Shown piece by piece: positions 42,901 to 57,060 of a stretch of 64,000 nucleotides of DNA. The notes under the pieces are model-generated. The model ran no database searches. It was not told where the DNA came from and saw only the letters and a list, made by a program, of their open reading frames with translations. Source of the stretch: Lama guanicoe (taxonomy: Eukaryota); the NCBI GenBank assembly GCA_013239625.1, contig MU053482.1:2395168-2459167 (forward strand), read 5' to 3'. Within the stretch, counting starts at the first letter, position 1. Each line of letters begins with the position of its first letter. The position numbers and the translations under genes are program-made.

Positions 42901-44521
42901 GCTCTTCAGGGGTTCTAAGAATGTCTGAAGTGTAGAAAATTTTGAAAACACAGACTGCAGAAAGGAATTGCTCTTGTATTTACTTCTGGTAAATACAGAC
43001 ACAGACTCTGTGTCTGTAATCAGTCCGGGGGGCTTACGGGACAGGAGAAGGAGGCTGAGCACTGCTCTGGAAGAGCAAGGGTAAGAGCTGACGAAGAGTG
43101 GCTTCATGAGGGGCACGATGCACACTGGGAGTGTTCAAGCAATGGCCTGACCTACAGAGTCCCACCTCCCTCTCTGCCATCTGAACAGAAAGTCAGAGTG
43201 ACTTCCCAGGAAGCAGCTTTGAGCAATCAAAGAGGAGAGGCCCTGAGATCTGGATCATTTGTGTTGCTGGCATCTTAATTCTCAGATCAGATGCAGAGTT
43301 CACCAAAGAGTCCAGAGAACCTGGCAGGAGAATGAGAACAAAACCTGACTGGTACCCAATCAAGGGCCATGTCTGCATGAGATAAGAGATCCACCAGATT
43401 ACAGCTGGAGTCCGTGACCACCCAGCTCAAACACTGACAGTGAGTAGGCTGGGGTGATTAGGGCCACCCAACTCATCCTTTCTCTGACCATTCTTCTTAG
43501 CACCTGAATAGGCTTTCTGGTTAGGTATAAGGAAGGAGCCATGATTCTTGGAAAATGAGGCAAAAGTCATCTTCCACAAAGAAACCCTTGAAAAGTCACT
43601 AAAACCATGATTAAAACAATGAATCTACAAATCGGTGATCAAATAGTAGAAGAACTTAAAATCACCCCACTCTTAAGTGATGAGAATGAACAAGCAGCAC
43701 ATGTTAAAAGGAATTAATAGTCTAGTATTTTGGGCACTTCCCTTAAAAACAGGCCCACGCAACCTTGGGAGACAGCCAGCCATCAAAACACAGCTCTTTG
43801 GCTTAAGAAAGAGCAGAGAAGAATTAAAGGCATATCATTGAGTTAAAAGTAGTTGATTGGCCACAAGTACTTAATGCCTCTCCCTCCTGAGAACCCACTG
43901 AACTAATAGAAGAATAACACAGGTATAAACTCAAAGCAGGGAGAATGAAGCCATTAGAAGAGAAGAGTTTTCTGCAAACTTATGGAGGAAAGGTAAGTGC
44001 CAACATGTGTGAAGGAAACCATAGTACAGAGACCCCCAGTCTGGGGAGGGGTCTACCTGCCCTCTGGAATCCCAGAGGCTCAGAGTTGAAAAATGCCCAA
44101 CACAGGGAAGGCCAGGTCAACTGGGGCTGAAAATGGGGCAATTCATTGAGTCTCCACAGGAAGGCTCCAGCCCCCTCCCTACCCACCCAGAGATCAGAGC
44201 AGGCTTGCACTTGGTGCTGTGGCTTGTAGCACCTTTTTGAGAAACTTGGCAGATCATCCATGGCCTTTCTCCTGAGACATCTAGTCATGTTTGAAATGTA
44301 CTCTGTTTAGAGATTAGGATCAGAGAATGTGAGAGTTTGAAGAGACCTCAGAGCTCACCCAGGCCAACTTGCTTGTCTTGCCAGGTGAGGAAGGTGCAGC
44401 AAAAATAGCTTGCCCACTCGTCCTCAGGCTTTCTATACCCACTGCTTCCCCTCTAGAGTCATTGAGGTCGGGGGATTCTCAGATGTGACCCTGCCCCCCG
44501 CCCACAGCAGAGCAGAGGTAC

Positions 44522-44656
44522 CTTCTGAGCGGTGGATGCACGTGTGCTGATTGTCACTCAGGAAGAACCCCTCCTTGCAGCGGCATTCGTAGCTCCCCAT
44601 GACGTTGACACAGGTGTGCTGGCAGCCGCCATTGTTCTCCAGGCACTCATCCACAT
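44522..44656 (-). CDS. SCUBE2: SCUBE2 exon 4, EGF3 ([45 protein letters not shown])
   Basis: ccag| ... |gtacct; 135 nt. Confidence 0.96.
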
Positions 44657-44874
44657 CTGGAGGGGGAGAAGGCTTAGCCTTTGCTTTTGTGACCGCTTCA
44701 CACACCGCCCCCCGCCCAGCAACTCAGGGACTCCTGCTAAGCAGAGACAAGGTCCCTCTGCAGGTCCCTGCATCACAGCTCTCAGAATGGAAACAAATGG
44801 GGTCCCAGGTGATTACCCAACCCTCAGGGGTCTGGGGATCCCTTAAACAGGCACTCCATCTGGACACAAGATAA

Positions 44875-46000
44875 TCAGTTCAGTAAGTATTTATTGAACA
44901 CCTTCTCTTCCCAAAGCACGTGCCAGAGGAGACAGGAAGACAGACGAAGTTCCAATTCCTTCGCTCTATGAGCATCTCCTTCAGCAGAGGGAGAGACAAC
45001 TGTACAAGTAATTGCGAGATAAGGTACAAAGGAAAGAGGTCACATCCAGCTGTGGGTAGTAGGATTCAGGTTTTATGGGAATGCTGATGAAGGATGAGCC
45101 CTGCAGGGTTTCTTCAATTATAAATAAGGAGAAGGAACTCTAGGCAGAAGAAAGGGCAGGAGAATAGCATGAAGGCTGAGGGGCACAGAGTATGTTCAGG
45201 TTAATGGTGGGTCATTCAATTTGGCTGACACCCAGTACATTCAGGGAATGTACAGGAGTCAGAGCTGGGAAGACAGACTGGGGTCACACTGTGGAGGACC
45301 TTGAATACCAGGCAAAGAAGTTCTTACTTCATTTCAGAAGCAGGTGGGAACCACTGGAGCAGGGGTGACATGGTTGGCCCCTCATGTTGAGAAGAATAAG
45401 GCAGCAGCTGAGGGTAAGACACAGGGAAAGGGAAGAACTGAAAGCCTGGGAGTCCAGCTTCACACGTGTGCCTGTAAAAGCCACAGCTGGCACTAGTAGG
45501 GGACTGGAGTGGAGGACTGGCAGTGAGGATGCCTAGGACGGAAGACATAGAACAGTGGACACGGTGCCTGCAGGGCTGGGAGCCGTGTGGACATGGGGTA
45601 GGGTGGCTGAGAAACAAGGGGAAGATCTGTACTGGGGATAGAAATGGGGGTGGAGATGCATTTGGTCCCCACCACAGCAGGGAGGTGATTTATGTGAGAT
45701 GCTGACATTCAGGGCAAGGTCCACCAGGCTGTGGGAAACCTGAGTCTGGTGTTAGAAAGATAGCTTTGAAAACCATTTACATGTGGTGGCCTGATAAAGT
45801 GGTGGATGCAGATGAGAAAGTCAAAAGCAGGAGTGTAGGAAGGGAGAGGAGGAGAGAAAGGAGATAGTCAGAGGTCGAATTTGGAGAACACTGCGGGTAG
45901 GAGGAGGTAGAGGAGACAGCGGGAGCTCCAGAAAAGGAGCCATCAGCAGGAAGGGAGGGAGCCTGGCCCCAGGGCTATGCCCCAGAGTAGGGTTAGGAGA
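44875..46000 (-). mobile_element. L2 remnant
   Basis: Begins TTCAGTAAGTATTTATTGAACACC (reverse L2 3' end), then purine-rich body; approximate. Confidence 0.55.
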
Positions 46001-48963
46001 CCTTCCTTCCACTGTGTCACATACTACCCTGTGCATGGCTTCATCAATACATTTACCGCAACACATCCTCAAAATTCTCTTTTTTAAAATTTGTACTTTT
46101 TGACCCCTCAAAATCTTTTACCTACCCATCTACACTAGATTGCAGACTCCTTAAGGACATAGATTTTAGTTCTATTTAGCATAGGCCCAGAACCTGCAGG
46201 CACATACTAACTCTTCAATGCATGAACAAACCAACAGGAGAGCAAAGCATCACCAGAGCTAAAGAAGAGGAAACTTCCAGAAAAGTCCCAGACTGGCAGA
46301 GGTTCTAGGAGAAGGCTGATAAAACAACAATTTATTTTCTCCAGCCCAATTTCCCAAGTGCCTATCACCAGCTCCTAGGGGCATCCGTAACAAGAACATT
46401 CACATTTAAATATCTGTTATCTGGTTTCAAGCTTCAGATCTCACAGTCATCCGTCCTCCCACACTATCCAGCAGATGCCTTTCTAAACTGATGGGACTCA
46501 AGCCATCCCCTAAAGCCTAACAAACGTGCCCTCCTCTGTGCCAAAGGGCGAAGGGAGAACATTCCAGAGGGTGAGCTGCACGGGAACACATCCAGCCTCG
46601 GTGTTCCACAGTGAGGACTGGAGTGAGCAGGAGAGATCTGTTTCCCTGGACACCAAATCTTGCCTGCTTCTGAGTAAAGGGTGCTCTCTTCTGAGCTGCT
46701 CCACCCCACCCCGTGTTTAATCCCCTATTCCTTTTCTCCAAAGCAATCAGAAATGTATCATTAAGTTGGGTGATGCCCTCTGAGTTCACACAAAAGTGTG
46801 TGTGTGTATCAGTAGGCACAGATGTGTATCAGTAGACTGCTGAGTTGCTCCAGACTGTAGAACAGTGTTTCACAACCCTGGCTGCACGATGGAGCCCTGA
46901 CGTCCGGACCCCACCTCCCCACACTGATATAACGAGCCCAGACCTTGTAGCTCCCACTGTGCTGTTGCACTCCCAGACGCTGGATAAATAGAAACTGAGT
47001 TCAGGTGGGGTGAGCTGTGTAGAAGCGCTGCATTTTGTTTTTCAGGCTCACAGGCATTCAGGATCTTGGAGTGCTCTAGAGCTAAGTGGTGTTTGTTTTC
47101 TGCATATCCTGGTTAATATACTGGCAGCTAATGTGCAGTCAGGGGGCTGAGGAAAGGTAAGGGTCATCCCAGAGAACACCGGAAACTGCCACTTCTAAAC
47201 AGTTTTGGCTCTGAGCTTCTTTCTTGTCACCAAATGCTTCAGCTCTTTCAAGTCCAAGTGGCAGAGAAGTCTCCATGTATGCTGGTCCTGCTCTTCTCAA
47301 TGGCCCGCGTTACTTTCTCGTGCCTTTCTTTTCATAGAATCCTTAGCCCCTTCAGATGTACTCAACGGGTGCTCAGGGTCTTTCTGCAAGGCAGATCCTC
47401 ACTACAAAACCCACAAAGAGACCCCAAGGAGGGGAAATGGAGCTAGTCTGCTGGAATATGTGTTAGCTGCCAGGCAAGGAAGGACTTGGGGCCTCAGGAT
47501 GTCTGAGCAAGTCTTTACTCAGAACCACCCCACCCAACCCAGCCCAGGTCCTTAACTCCTAGATGGTTCCACTCGTAGTTCTTAGGAAGCTCACACTTCC
47601 CCCAGGCTGTGGGTTTGAGCACAAGGGGTGATGACTGGGTCTGCCAGCCGGTACAAATCCTCAAAATGCCACTGTTGGCTAATCAAAAGGAAATGAGTGA
47701 TTTCCCCCAGAAAATGGTTAAAAAAAAAACACCAAAAAGTATACTTTATGCTTCTTGACAAATTACACACTAAAAGTTACTTCTTTTTCTTTATCCTTTT
47801 TTAAGTTTTTAATTAATCTCAATTTATTGCTGCTCCCAGGATTATCTCCCTAATGTGTCTTTTTGTGGCATTGATGGCCTAGAAAGGCTGCAAAGGGGCT
47901 AGTGATTCCCCAGCCCTCAACCAGCTCTTCCTAATAGCTGCAGGCTTGGAAGGCCAAGTGGTCTGACCAATGCTTGACCTCTCACACAGGGCACAGACAG
48001 GGAGGGACTGAGTCTACATCAGGATGAGGCCCCAGGTGACATGATAAACGTCCTAGCAGGGCTGAGTCTCAAATGGAAAAATTCTCCTTCCCCAGCACTC
48101 AAACTACAAGTTCTGCCTGTGGTCATTTAGTGACTTTTATGCTGATCTCAAAGCATTTGATCAAGTGGCTGTTCCCACTGCACAGCAAGGGAGCATTTGA
48201 ACAGCTGTCCCCACTGAGTCAAGGCCTGGCTCAAGTTGCTCCTTGGTCAGCCAAGTGGGCATGGGTCAACTACATGAAGGGTCATCAATGTCAAAGGAAT
48301 CTGATGTCCTCTGTCCCCCATGATGTCCTCCTGCACCACTGATAACACCAGCCTCAAAGTGCAAATAGACCACAAATACTGGCATTCCCGGTGTGCTGCA
48401 TTCTCTAAGACTATCCAACATCTAACCCTATCCAATTGCTAGCTATTTTTAAACTCTGCTTTATTCCTGGCATAAGGAACCAATGTAAACAATGCTCTTT
48501 GCTGTCCCTAACTCAGAGACTGAAAATCTAACAGATGTTTCTGCTTTGTGGAATACTAGGAGGATGTTAATGGAAGGTTTCTGTTTAAATTTCTCTCTCT
48601 TTCAGGAAAATAGAAGATGTCTACCTGGCTGAGATCCAAGCACACATGTGGAATCTTCAGGACAAGTAGTTTTACATGATTCTGGAATAGAGACACTTAC
48701 AGGATTAAAGAAATGTCTATAAGTCAAGACCCTTTTAACATAAGACCAAAGAGCTTAGAGGTTACAAGTCAATAGTAGAAAGTCAGTAAGTAGTAATGAT
48801 GCTGTCCACCCACCTCCTTGGACTAATGGAGGATTTATATTATGAATGATAACATAAAAACTAAAATACTTAACCTGGTTTTCTATCAAGGAATGTGATT
48901 TCTAGGGAGCCAGAAAACACAAGTCTCTGATCCGTTTTTATTTTAATGAATATGTTTTCATCA

Positions 48964-49194
<231 letters not shown>

Positions 49195-49209
49195 CTATTT
49201 CTTTAATGT

Positions 49210-52200
49210 GGAGATATATGCATTTACCTTTTAACCACCTATCCCACTTCCAGGAATCTACACTGAAGATATATCTCCAACAACAGTAAAATAAATACGC
49301 ATAAGGTTATTCATTGCAGTATTTATAATTATGAAATACTGGAGACAACTTCAATGCTCATACATAACAAGTAGTTGAGGAATTAAGGTAATTTACTCAG
49401 TGGAATACTATGCAGCTGTTAAAAATAAACAATGAGAAAGAGCTCTATGAACTGACTTGGAGTGATTTTTAAGATACCCTAATAAGCTTTAAAAAAAATC
49501 AAGATGCAAAAGAGTATCCACAGTATGTTATCTTCGTATAAAAATAAGGGGATATAAAAACACACACATTTGAAATTCCAGCACAAATTTTTTGCAGAAC
49601 TTGAGAAGCTAACCCTAAAATTTATATAGAAATGCAAAGGACTCAGAAGAGCCAAAACAATTTTGGAAAAGAAAAACAGATCTGGAGGATTTTCACTTAC
49701 TATGAAGCTACAGTTATCAAGACAATGTGTGACACAGGCATAGAGGCAGACAAATAGAACACTGGAAAAGAATCACGAGTCCAGAAATAAACTCTTATAT
49801 TTATGGTCACTTGATTTTAGACAAAAGGGCTAAGGCAATTTAGTGGGAGAAATGACAGTCTTTTCAACAAATGTTGAGACAATTGATATCCATACGCAAA
49901 AAGATTGATTTAGGCCCTTACCTCACACCATACCCAAAAATCACAAAATGGATCAGAGACCTAAATGTAAGAGCTAAAACTAGAAAGCTTTTAAGAGAAA
50001 ATATAAAGCTTTTATGAGAAAAATATTTGAGACCTTGGGTTTGGTAAAAGTTTTTGGATACAACACCAAACACACATTCCATAAATTTAAAAATTAATAA
50101 ATTAGACTTTATGAAATTTTAAGACTTTTGCACTTCAAGAGATACTGCTAAGAAAATGAAGACAGGTCACAAATTGGTAGAAAATATTTGCAAATCACAT
50201 ACCTCATAAAGGAGTTTTAAAGAACACTTACAATTCAGTAAGAAGAAGACAAACAACTGAATTTTAGTATAGGCAAAAGAGTTGAATAGATATTTTACCA
50301 AAGACAATATGCTAATAGCTAATAAGCACATGAAAAATGCATATCATTAATTGCTCAAGAAATTCAAATTATAATCACAATGAGATACCATTTCACGCTC
50401 TCTAGAACAGTTATAATAAAAAAAAAAGCAATGACAAATGTTGGCAAAGATGTAAAGAAATGGGAATCCTCATACGTTGCTGATGGTAACACAAGATGGT
50501 ATAGTCACTTTGGAAGGTTCCTTGGCAGTTCCTTAAAAGCTGAAACATAAATTTACCATATGATCCAGAAATTCCACTGCTAGGTGTATATCCAAGAGAA
50601 ATGCAAAATCATGTCTATATAGATTTCCAGGTGAATATTCAAAGAACATTTTTATTTATAGTAGCCCCGAAGTAGAAACAACCCAAATGCCCATGGAATA
50701 CTAGTCAACAATAAAAAAGAATAAAACACCAGTACAGGATACAACATGGATGAACCTCAGAAACATTATGCTAAGTGAAAGAAGTCAAACACTAAAGACT
50801 GCATATTGTATGATTCCATTTATATGAAAAGTCCAGAAAAGGCAAATCTGTAGAGACAGGAAGTAGATTAGTGGTTGCCTGGAGCTGGGGCTGGGAACAA
50901 GGATGTTACTGAGATGGGGAAAATGCCTGAAAACTGTATTATGTGATGACTGTACAACTCAAGTAATTTACCCAAATCACTGATTTGTACACTTACTTAG
51001 AACTGATGAATTTTTTTGCTATGTAAATTATAATGCAGCAAAGTAGTTAAAAAGAAAATACATATTTAGCTGTTTATTTGTGCAAAAAAATTACAGGAAG
51101 GATAAACCAGAAACTACAGAGATTGGTGTGTGAGAGAAGGGGTGGAAATAAGGAGGAATGGGGCCAGGATAGGAATAGAAGGAGGGAGTAACACTTTTCT
51201 GAGCTTTTGTATAGCTTCGACTTTCAGAACCATGGTAGTTTTACACACATGAATACATATGTACATACATACATATACACAATCAACCAAGAAGCAGGGG
51301 CAGGGGTGAGGGGATGGATAAAAAATAGAATACAAAGAGAAACAAATGAATCTAACTGTATCATAAATGAATTACATAACCATACTGAAGTGGATGGGGA
51401 AGAAAAGAACTATTCTAAGTAACTTTGAAAAACAATATCTTTGGATGTTGTTAAGGCTAAAAACAAAAATAGTTGCATACAAATACTGTACCCTAATTAT
51501 TAAATCTGTTTAATTCACAGAATTATGGATTAGTAATTCTGTAAATATTTTATGTGAACACTAGGATTGAACAAACAGGTTAATATACTTCAGATAATGA
51601 GAGCCAGGTTTCTCACTGTTGGAGAAACACTTATAAATAAGCCGAAAAAGGAGTTTAGTATAAATCCTGTCATATTGCTTTGGAATCTGAAGTATGAGTG
51701 TAACTTGCTGTTTTTAACATATGTAGAAGTGGATAGATATAAGGAATAAATGTAGATAAGTGTGTATGTATGGATTAGCATACATAAATAGATCTCCTAG
51801 CTCTGACCACCGAGAGGGCCTAGGAGTAATGACACTCCAGCAACAATGAAAACACCAAGCATCCAGATCTTAGTTTCTACACACCATTTTCCAATTAAAG
51901 GAAAACCAGGGATCCTTGGAGAAGTGGTTGATTCCAGGCTTGGGGAGCAGAAAATACAAGATGAATCTGGAGAATTTTGTGGTGCCAAAAAATTGGGAAT
52001 TTCTCAAAAGAGGATGGTGGCATGTCAAAAGAATACAGGAGACAATGTGAAGGAGCTCCCAATGGCTAAAGCTGGAACAAGTTGAGCCAAAAATAAGTAA
52101 CTATAGAATTAAATAAATACCCATGAGTGTATACTGGCAAAAATACATAAACACATAAATCAATGCATAAGTAAATGGAGGAGAAGGGACAGATCTTCCT

Positions 52201-53020
52201 TACAGAAGAATTCCAACTCATAGACGTATAAAGAACAAGGGAAATACAAAATTACCAAGAGGCACATATCACAGTAATAAATGCTGCAGGCAAGATCCAC
52301 AGTTGGATGCTAACATCAGTGGACAAAGGCTTGAGAACAAACAGGATATTAGCATAAGCTGAAGGTATCTGCCCCAAGAAAGGGAAAAAGAGTAACTTTG
52401 TAGTGGAGAAACCCAGACTACACCATCTAAACTAGATGATCAAGATTAACGTCCCCTGTAGTAGGACATGTTGACATCATGTGCCCCAGATGCACTGAAG
52501 AGCACACAACAGCACTTCAGTAGCAGCTTTGCAGAAAGCTGCACTTTTGTACTACTACAAATGCATAACCTCAATTTTATCACGAGAAAACAGAACGTTC
52601 TCTTATCATGTCTGTTCCTACCACGTCACTTCTTATCATGTGGAAACATAAGACAGACAAAAGAACTGAACAATTCTCATCAATGTATCAGTGTCGATGT
52701 CATGAAAGGCCAGGAAAGACTGAGGAACTGTCACAAATTGGAAGACACAAAGGAAACAACAGATAAATGTAATGTGGGACTTTGAGCCAAATTCTGTAAG
52801 AAAAAAAAATAGAACATAAGGGAAAAATTGGTGACACCTGAATAAGGTCTATACTTTAGTTAATAATATTGTGCCAATGTTAATTTCCTGGTTTTGATAC
52901 TGTACTATGGTTATATAAGCTGTTAACAGCAGAGTAAGATAAGTGACAGATGTGAATTCTGCACTATTTTTGCAAATTTTCTGAAGTCTAAAATTAATTC
53001 AAAATAAAAAGTGAAAAAAA
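49210..53020 (+). mobile_element. Composite old L1M cluster (L1MB-like ORF2 3' end about 49570-51050, flanked by L1MC/MD-like 3' sequence)
   Basis: ORF2-like GCAAAGGACTCAGAAGAGCCAAAACAATTTTGGAAAAG, TATGATCCAGAAATTCCACTGCTAGG and ACATTATGCTAAGTGAAAGAAG, with many stops. Confidence 0.8.
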
Positions 53021-55286
53021 GGAAAATACAAAGGCCAAGTCTAGATTTATCCCCATTAAACCTGATTCCAATCCTTAAACTGAGAAGTATGGACCATATG
53101 ATTAATACTGACCACTGAAACAACCCCTCTCTAAGTCTTGGATATAAGCAAAGATCATTTAGAATAAAACATTTACCTAATGCCACTTCTGAATCACATT
53201 ATTTTAAAAAATACTTATTCAGGGCCCATACTTCCATTTTTCCAATATTTTGGCGGAAGAAACTGTGCGGAGGATAAAATTCTGTTCACTCAGGACAAAC
53301 CAGTCCCCGATCCTTGAACTTAAACGGGGCAGTAATGCTAGTGATCATCACAATACAAATGATACCACAGGTTGGACCCAAGAGGCTTAAAAACTACTAA
53401 GGCAGAAAACATACACAAAGGAGTTGTGTCTTTGAAGATCTATATCTTTGAATCCTTGTAACCCCTATTTTCTCTCCTTTTCCTTCTTAAAAGAAAGTTT
53501 CCATTTCTGAATGCCTGTAACAAGAAAGTCAAACTAAACAGGGACGTCCTTACTCACTAGGTTTATAAATACTACAGGTATTCAAAAGATCAAATCCTTC
53601 TAGGGTTTAAAATGACAGTACGAAGAATATATGCCCCCTGTTAACAGTGATTGCGTGTGGATAAAGGAATAGGAGGGTCTTTAATTTTTCACTTTACACA
53701 CTTTTTGTATTGTTTTGTATTGACTTTTTATAACAATAATCACAGATTATTTTAAAACCAATATAAATGTATAAAGCAGCAATGCTAGTCAATCATTATT
53801 TTAAACTAAATAGTAGACTTTTCACTCTAAAATGTTGGCAATTAAATTGCATCAGTGATTAGTCAAACCCTACAGCTAAGAATAACCAAACTCTTGCCAC
53901 TTGTCATTCAACATCATTTACTAAATATGTACTTTATCCAAAAGAAACCGTGGCATGGTTTCTACCCCTAGAGAGCATACAGTAACCAAAGGACACAGTG
54001 AAAAAGTGAACATTTTTTACCCCAAGCAAGATACCAACATGTGTGAATTCCAGTACTGTAAATGGAATATTTAATACAGTGAGGATGTGGTACGGAGGAA
54101 TTGGCAGAGTGATGTTTCAGAAAGGTAGTCTTTTGGCCTCCCATGATGTAGGGCAGAGAGAGAGAGGGAGAGAGAGATGGCTGTCTGTCTCTGGGAAAAT
54201 ACAAACATGGAGAAACAGAAAGGCTTTATGGATGGACTGCCAGCACCACTTGCTGTGAACCTGACCAGGAGCACATCTCCTCTGATGGAAGAGGCAGGAG
54301 TTTTGCCTTTTGTGCACACAGAGGACCATAAATATTAGGATTTCTCACCCAACCAAAGAGGGACACCAGGAGGCTGAGTGAATAGGAGATGTGGGGCCAG
54401 GCACAGAGCCGGAGTGAGGATCTGACTTTCTTTCACCTGCAGGCTAACTGTGTGATCGTGTCCACAATCCCTTTCCCAATTCCCCTGGGCCTCAGTGTCC
54501 CCATCAGTAACATGAAGGATGAGACTGGCTCAGAGCTGCCTGAAGAGCCCTGCCAGCTCCAACATGTCACAGTTTCCATCCCCAGGAGCAGCCTCCTCTC
54601 ATGAGAGTTCAGTCTCCAGCCAGTTCCCGACTTCAGAGCTTCTGACGTTGAGCTAATCTCCCGTGGCCCAGAACACAGAATGGCAGAGTCCAGACTTCAG
54701 GGCTCCCAGATCTGGAGCAATAAGGGCTCAAAATATCCCTCTGCAAACATCTTTCCAGAGGGAACTTGCAGCTCCAAATGAGGTGGGCTCTTGGTGCAGC
54801 TCTAAAGCTTGGCAGGTCACAATGCCAAACCGCCCAAAGCCATGGACAAGATGGAGCCACCAGAGCCTCAAGGGAAGGCAGGACCCTGGCACTCAGACTC
54901 CAGAGCGAGGATGCAAGTTGCCTCAGGGAGGCATAGGATCAGTCCTGCTCCGGCAGCTAGGGCTCTCCTGATCAACATGCTGTTTCTGCCCCTAAACTGA
55001 GTGGGACCAAAAGATACTAAAGCGCCTCTTCCCCTTTGCAGAAGCTAGACAAAAGGACATTTTACAGCCAGATAAAACTGATCAGCTCTGGGGAAGATCT
55101 GATGTTACCTGTTTTTTAAGGATCTGAAATGCATTTCAGAGAGTGGGTGATGTGACACCAGGCCAGCGGGTGGGGGTGGGGGTGAGGGTAGAAGTTCTTT
55201 TACCAACATGAGTGGCACTACAAGAGCTGCGGAGGTGAGGGGTTTCCCCTGCTGGCTCATCCACTGCTGGTCCCCAAGTCACTTAC

Positions 55287-55409
55287 CCTCACACTGCCTG
55301 CCCTCCCCTTGGTAGCCAGGCCTGCAGGAGCACTTGTAGGAGGTGGGTGTGTTCTGACACAGGGCATTGGTGTGGCAGTCATCTAGCCCCTGAGCACACT
55401 CGTCCACGT
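55287..55409 (-). CDS. SCUBE2: SCUBE2 exon 2, EGF1 ([41 protein letters not shown])
   Basis: tgcag| ... |gtaagt; 123 nt; calcium-binding EGF motif. Confidence 0.97.
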
Positions 55410-56259
55410 CTGCAAAAGAGCACAGCAGCTCCTTGTGTGGTGCCCCAAGCCTTGGGTGACCTGGCCTTGGCCCCTCTTTAGCATCCTCTCCCACCAGCCC
55501 ATCCCACTTCACATTTCACCAGCTAAACTGCTTGGGAGCCCCTGGGAAGAACCATTCCATTTCCAGGCACTGCCTGTTCCCTCTGACTGGGACACCCTCT
55601 CAACTGGCCTTCAAGACTCAGCTCAGACCCACCTCCTCTGGGAAGCCTGCCATGACCCCAGAGTGTAGGTGAGGTGTCCCCCACGATGTGCTCACATACC
55701 ACATTGTCACTGTTTCCCTGTCTGTCTCCTCATCTAGATGGTGTCTTGATTACAGATTGGGTCTGTGCCCCTGAGGCCAAGCACAGTGCCTGACACATGA
55801 GTAGGCAATGGTAAAGGCCCGCGAAGGTAAGATCAAGTCGACAAAAACGCTCTGAAAACTGAGCAGCGTCTGTTAGCCTTCTCAGCGTTTGGGGTATGGG
55901 GGGAAAGCTCTCCCTGGGCTCCAAGCACACAATCCTGAGCCCTCAGATGGTGCAAAGAGAAAAGAAAGCCCCCCCATTCCCGCAACCCTTTCATCACTGC
56001 CCACCCTCTCAACCTGGAAACTGGCCTTGGCAGAAGCATTTCTGGGTTTAAAGTATTGCGAGTCCAGTTAGCACAGAACGGCTATTCCCGGGTCCTCCAA
56101 CAGCGGCTGTTCCGCAGACAGAAGAATCCCTGGAGCCGACCCTGAAGCCCATAGAAGAACTTCCCGGCCCCAAAAGAAAGCAGGAGCTCAGCTGCCACGG
56201 CCTCACGGTGGACCCCAGCCCCTCAGCTTCCCCATCTCCGCAAAGAGCCTCCAAGGCCG

Positions 56260-57060
56260 TCGCCCCTGCTCAGCCGGCGCGCGTCTGAGCAGCAGGCGCT
56301 CCCGGGGGGCCGGGGCGGGAACTGTCATCAGCCGCGGGTCCGAGGCCGGGCCGCGCACTCAGGCCCTGGGCCTCTAGCCCGAGCGGTGGCGGCGCCTTTG
56401 GCCTGGCCGGCGGGTGGGGCCCCAGGAGATCGGGGGCCACGCGGAGCGCCGCAGCCAAGCCCAGCCCCGCTCGCTCCCGGAGCCCCCGCGAGCGGACCGG
56501 GACCCCCTTCCCGGCGCCCGCCCCGGCCGCCGTGCCAGGTGCGCCCCGCGGCCGGACACTCACCCTCTGGCAGCCCCGCGGCTCGGCCCCGACCGGGCGG
56601 GACGGCCGCCGTCAGCAGCAGCGGCAGCAGCAGCGGCAGCAGCGCCCGGGCCGCCGAGGGGCAGCCCCAGCCGGCGACCCCCATGGAAGGCGCGGTGGCT
56701 GCGGGCAGAAGCGGCGGAGCGCGGGCGGAGAGCGCGGCGGCGGCGGCTCCGGGAGGTGTGTGTGGGCGCCCTGCCCGCCGCGCTCTGACACCCCCGGCCC
56801 GGCCCCGCCCGGCCCCCGAGCCCCGGCCTCATTTTCACACGGTCCTCCCCCGGCCGCCCCTCCCGGCTCCCTCCCTACCCCCTCCCGGCCCGGTTGAGGG
56901 GGCGCGGCCGCAGTGGCCGGAGGGCGGCTGTCGGCCTGGCCGGGGCGGGCCCGCCGGGGCGGAGTGCCCCTCGCAGGCCCCCGCGCCAAACCCGCCGCGC
57001 CGGCCCCTCCGCCACGCTCCAGCCCTCAGAGAGCTTCGTTCTCCGCCCGTTTGCGGTGTT
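56260..57060. promoter_or_regulatory. CpG island / GC-rich SCUBE2 promoter and 5' UTR with GC boxes
   Basis: Very high GC and CpG density around exon 1; GGGGCGGGC at 56942-56950 and GGGGCGGAG at 56956-56964; TSS not determinable from sequence. Confidence 0.9.
56564..56684 (-). CDS. SCUBE2: SCUBE2 exon 1 coding part, signal peptide MGVAGWGCPSAARALLPLLLPLLLTAAVPPGRGRAAGLPE
   Basis: ATG in CCATGG context at 56684, Leu-rich core, donor G|gtgagt; 121 nt, phase 1. Confidence 0.95.
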
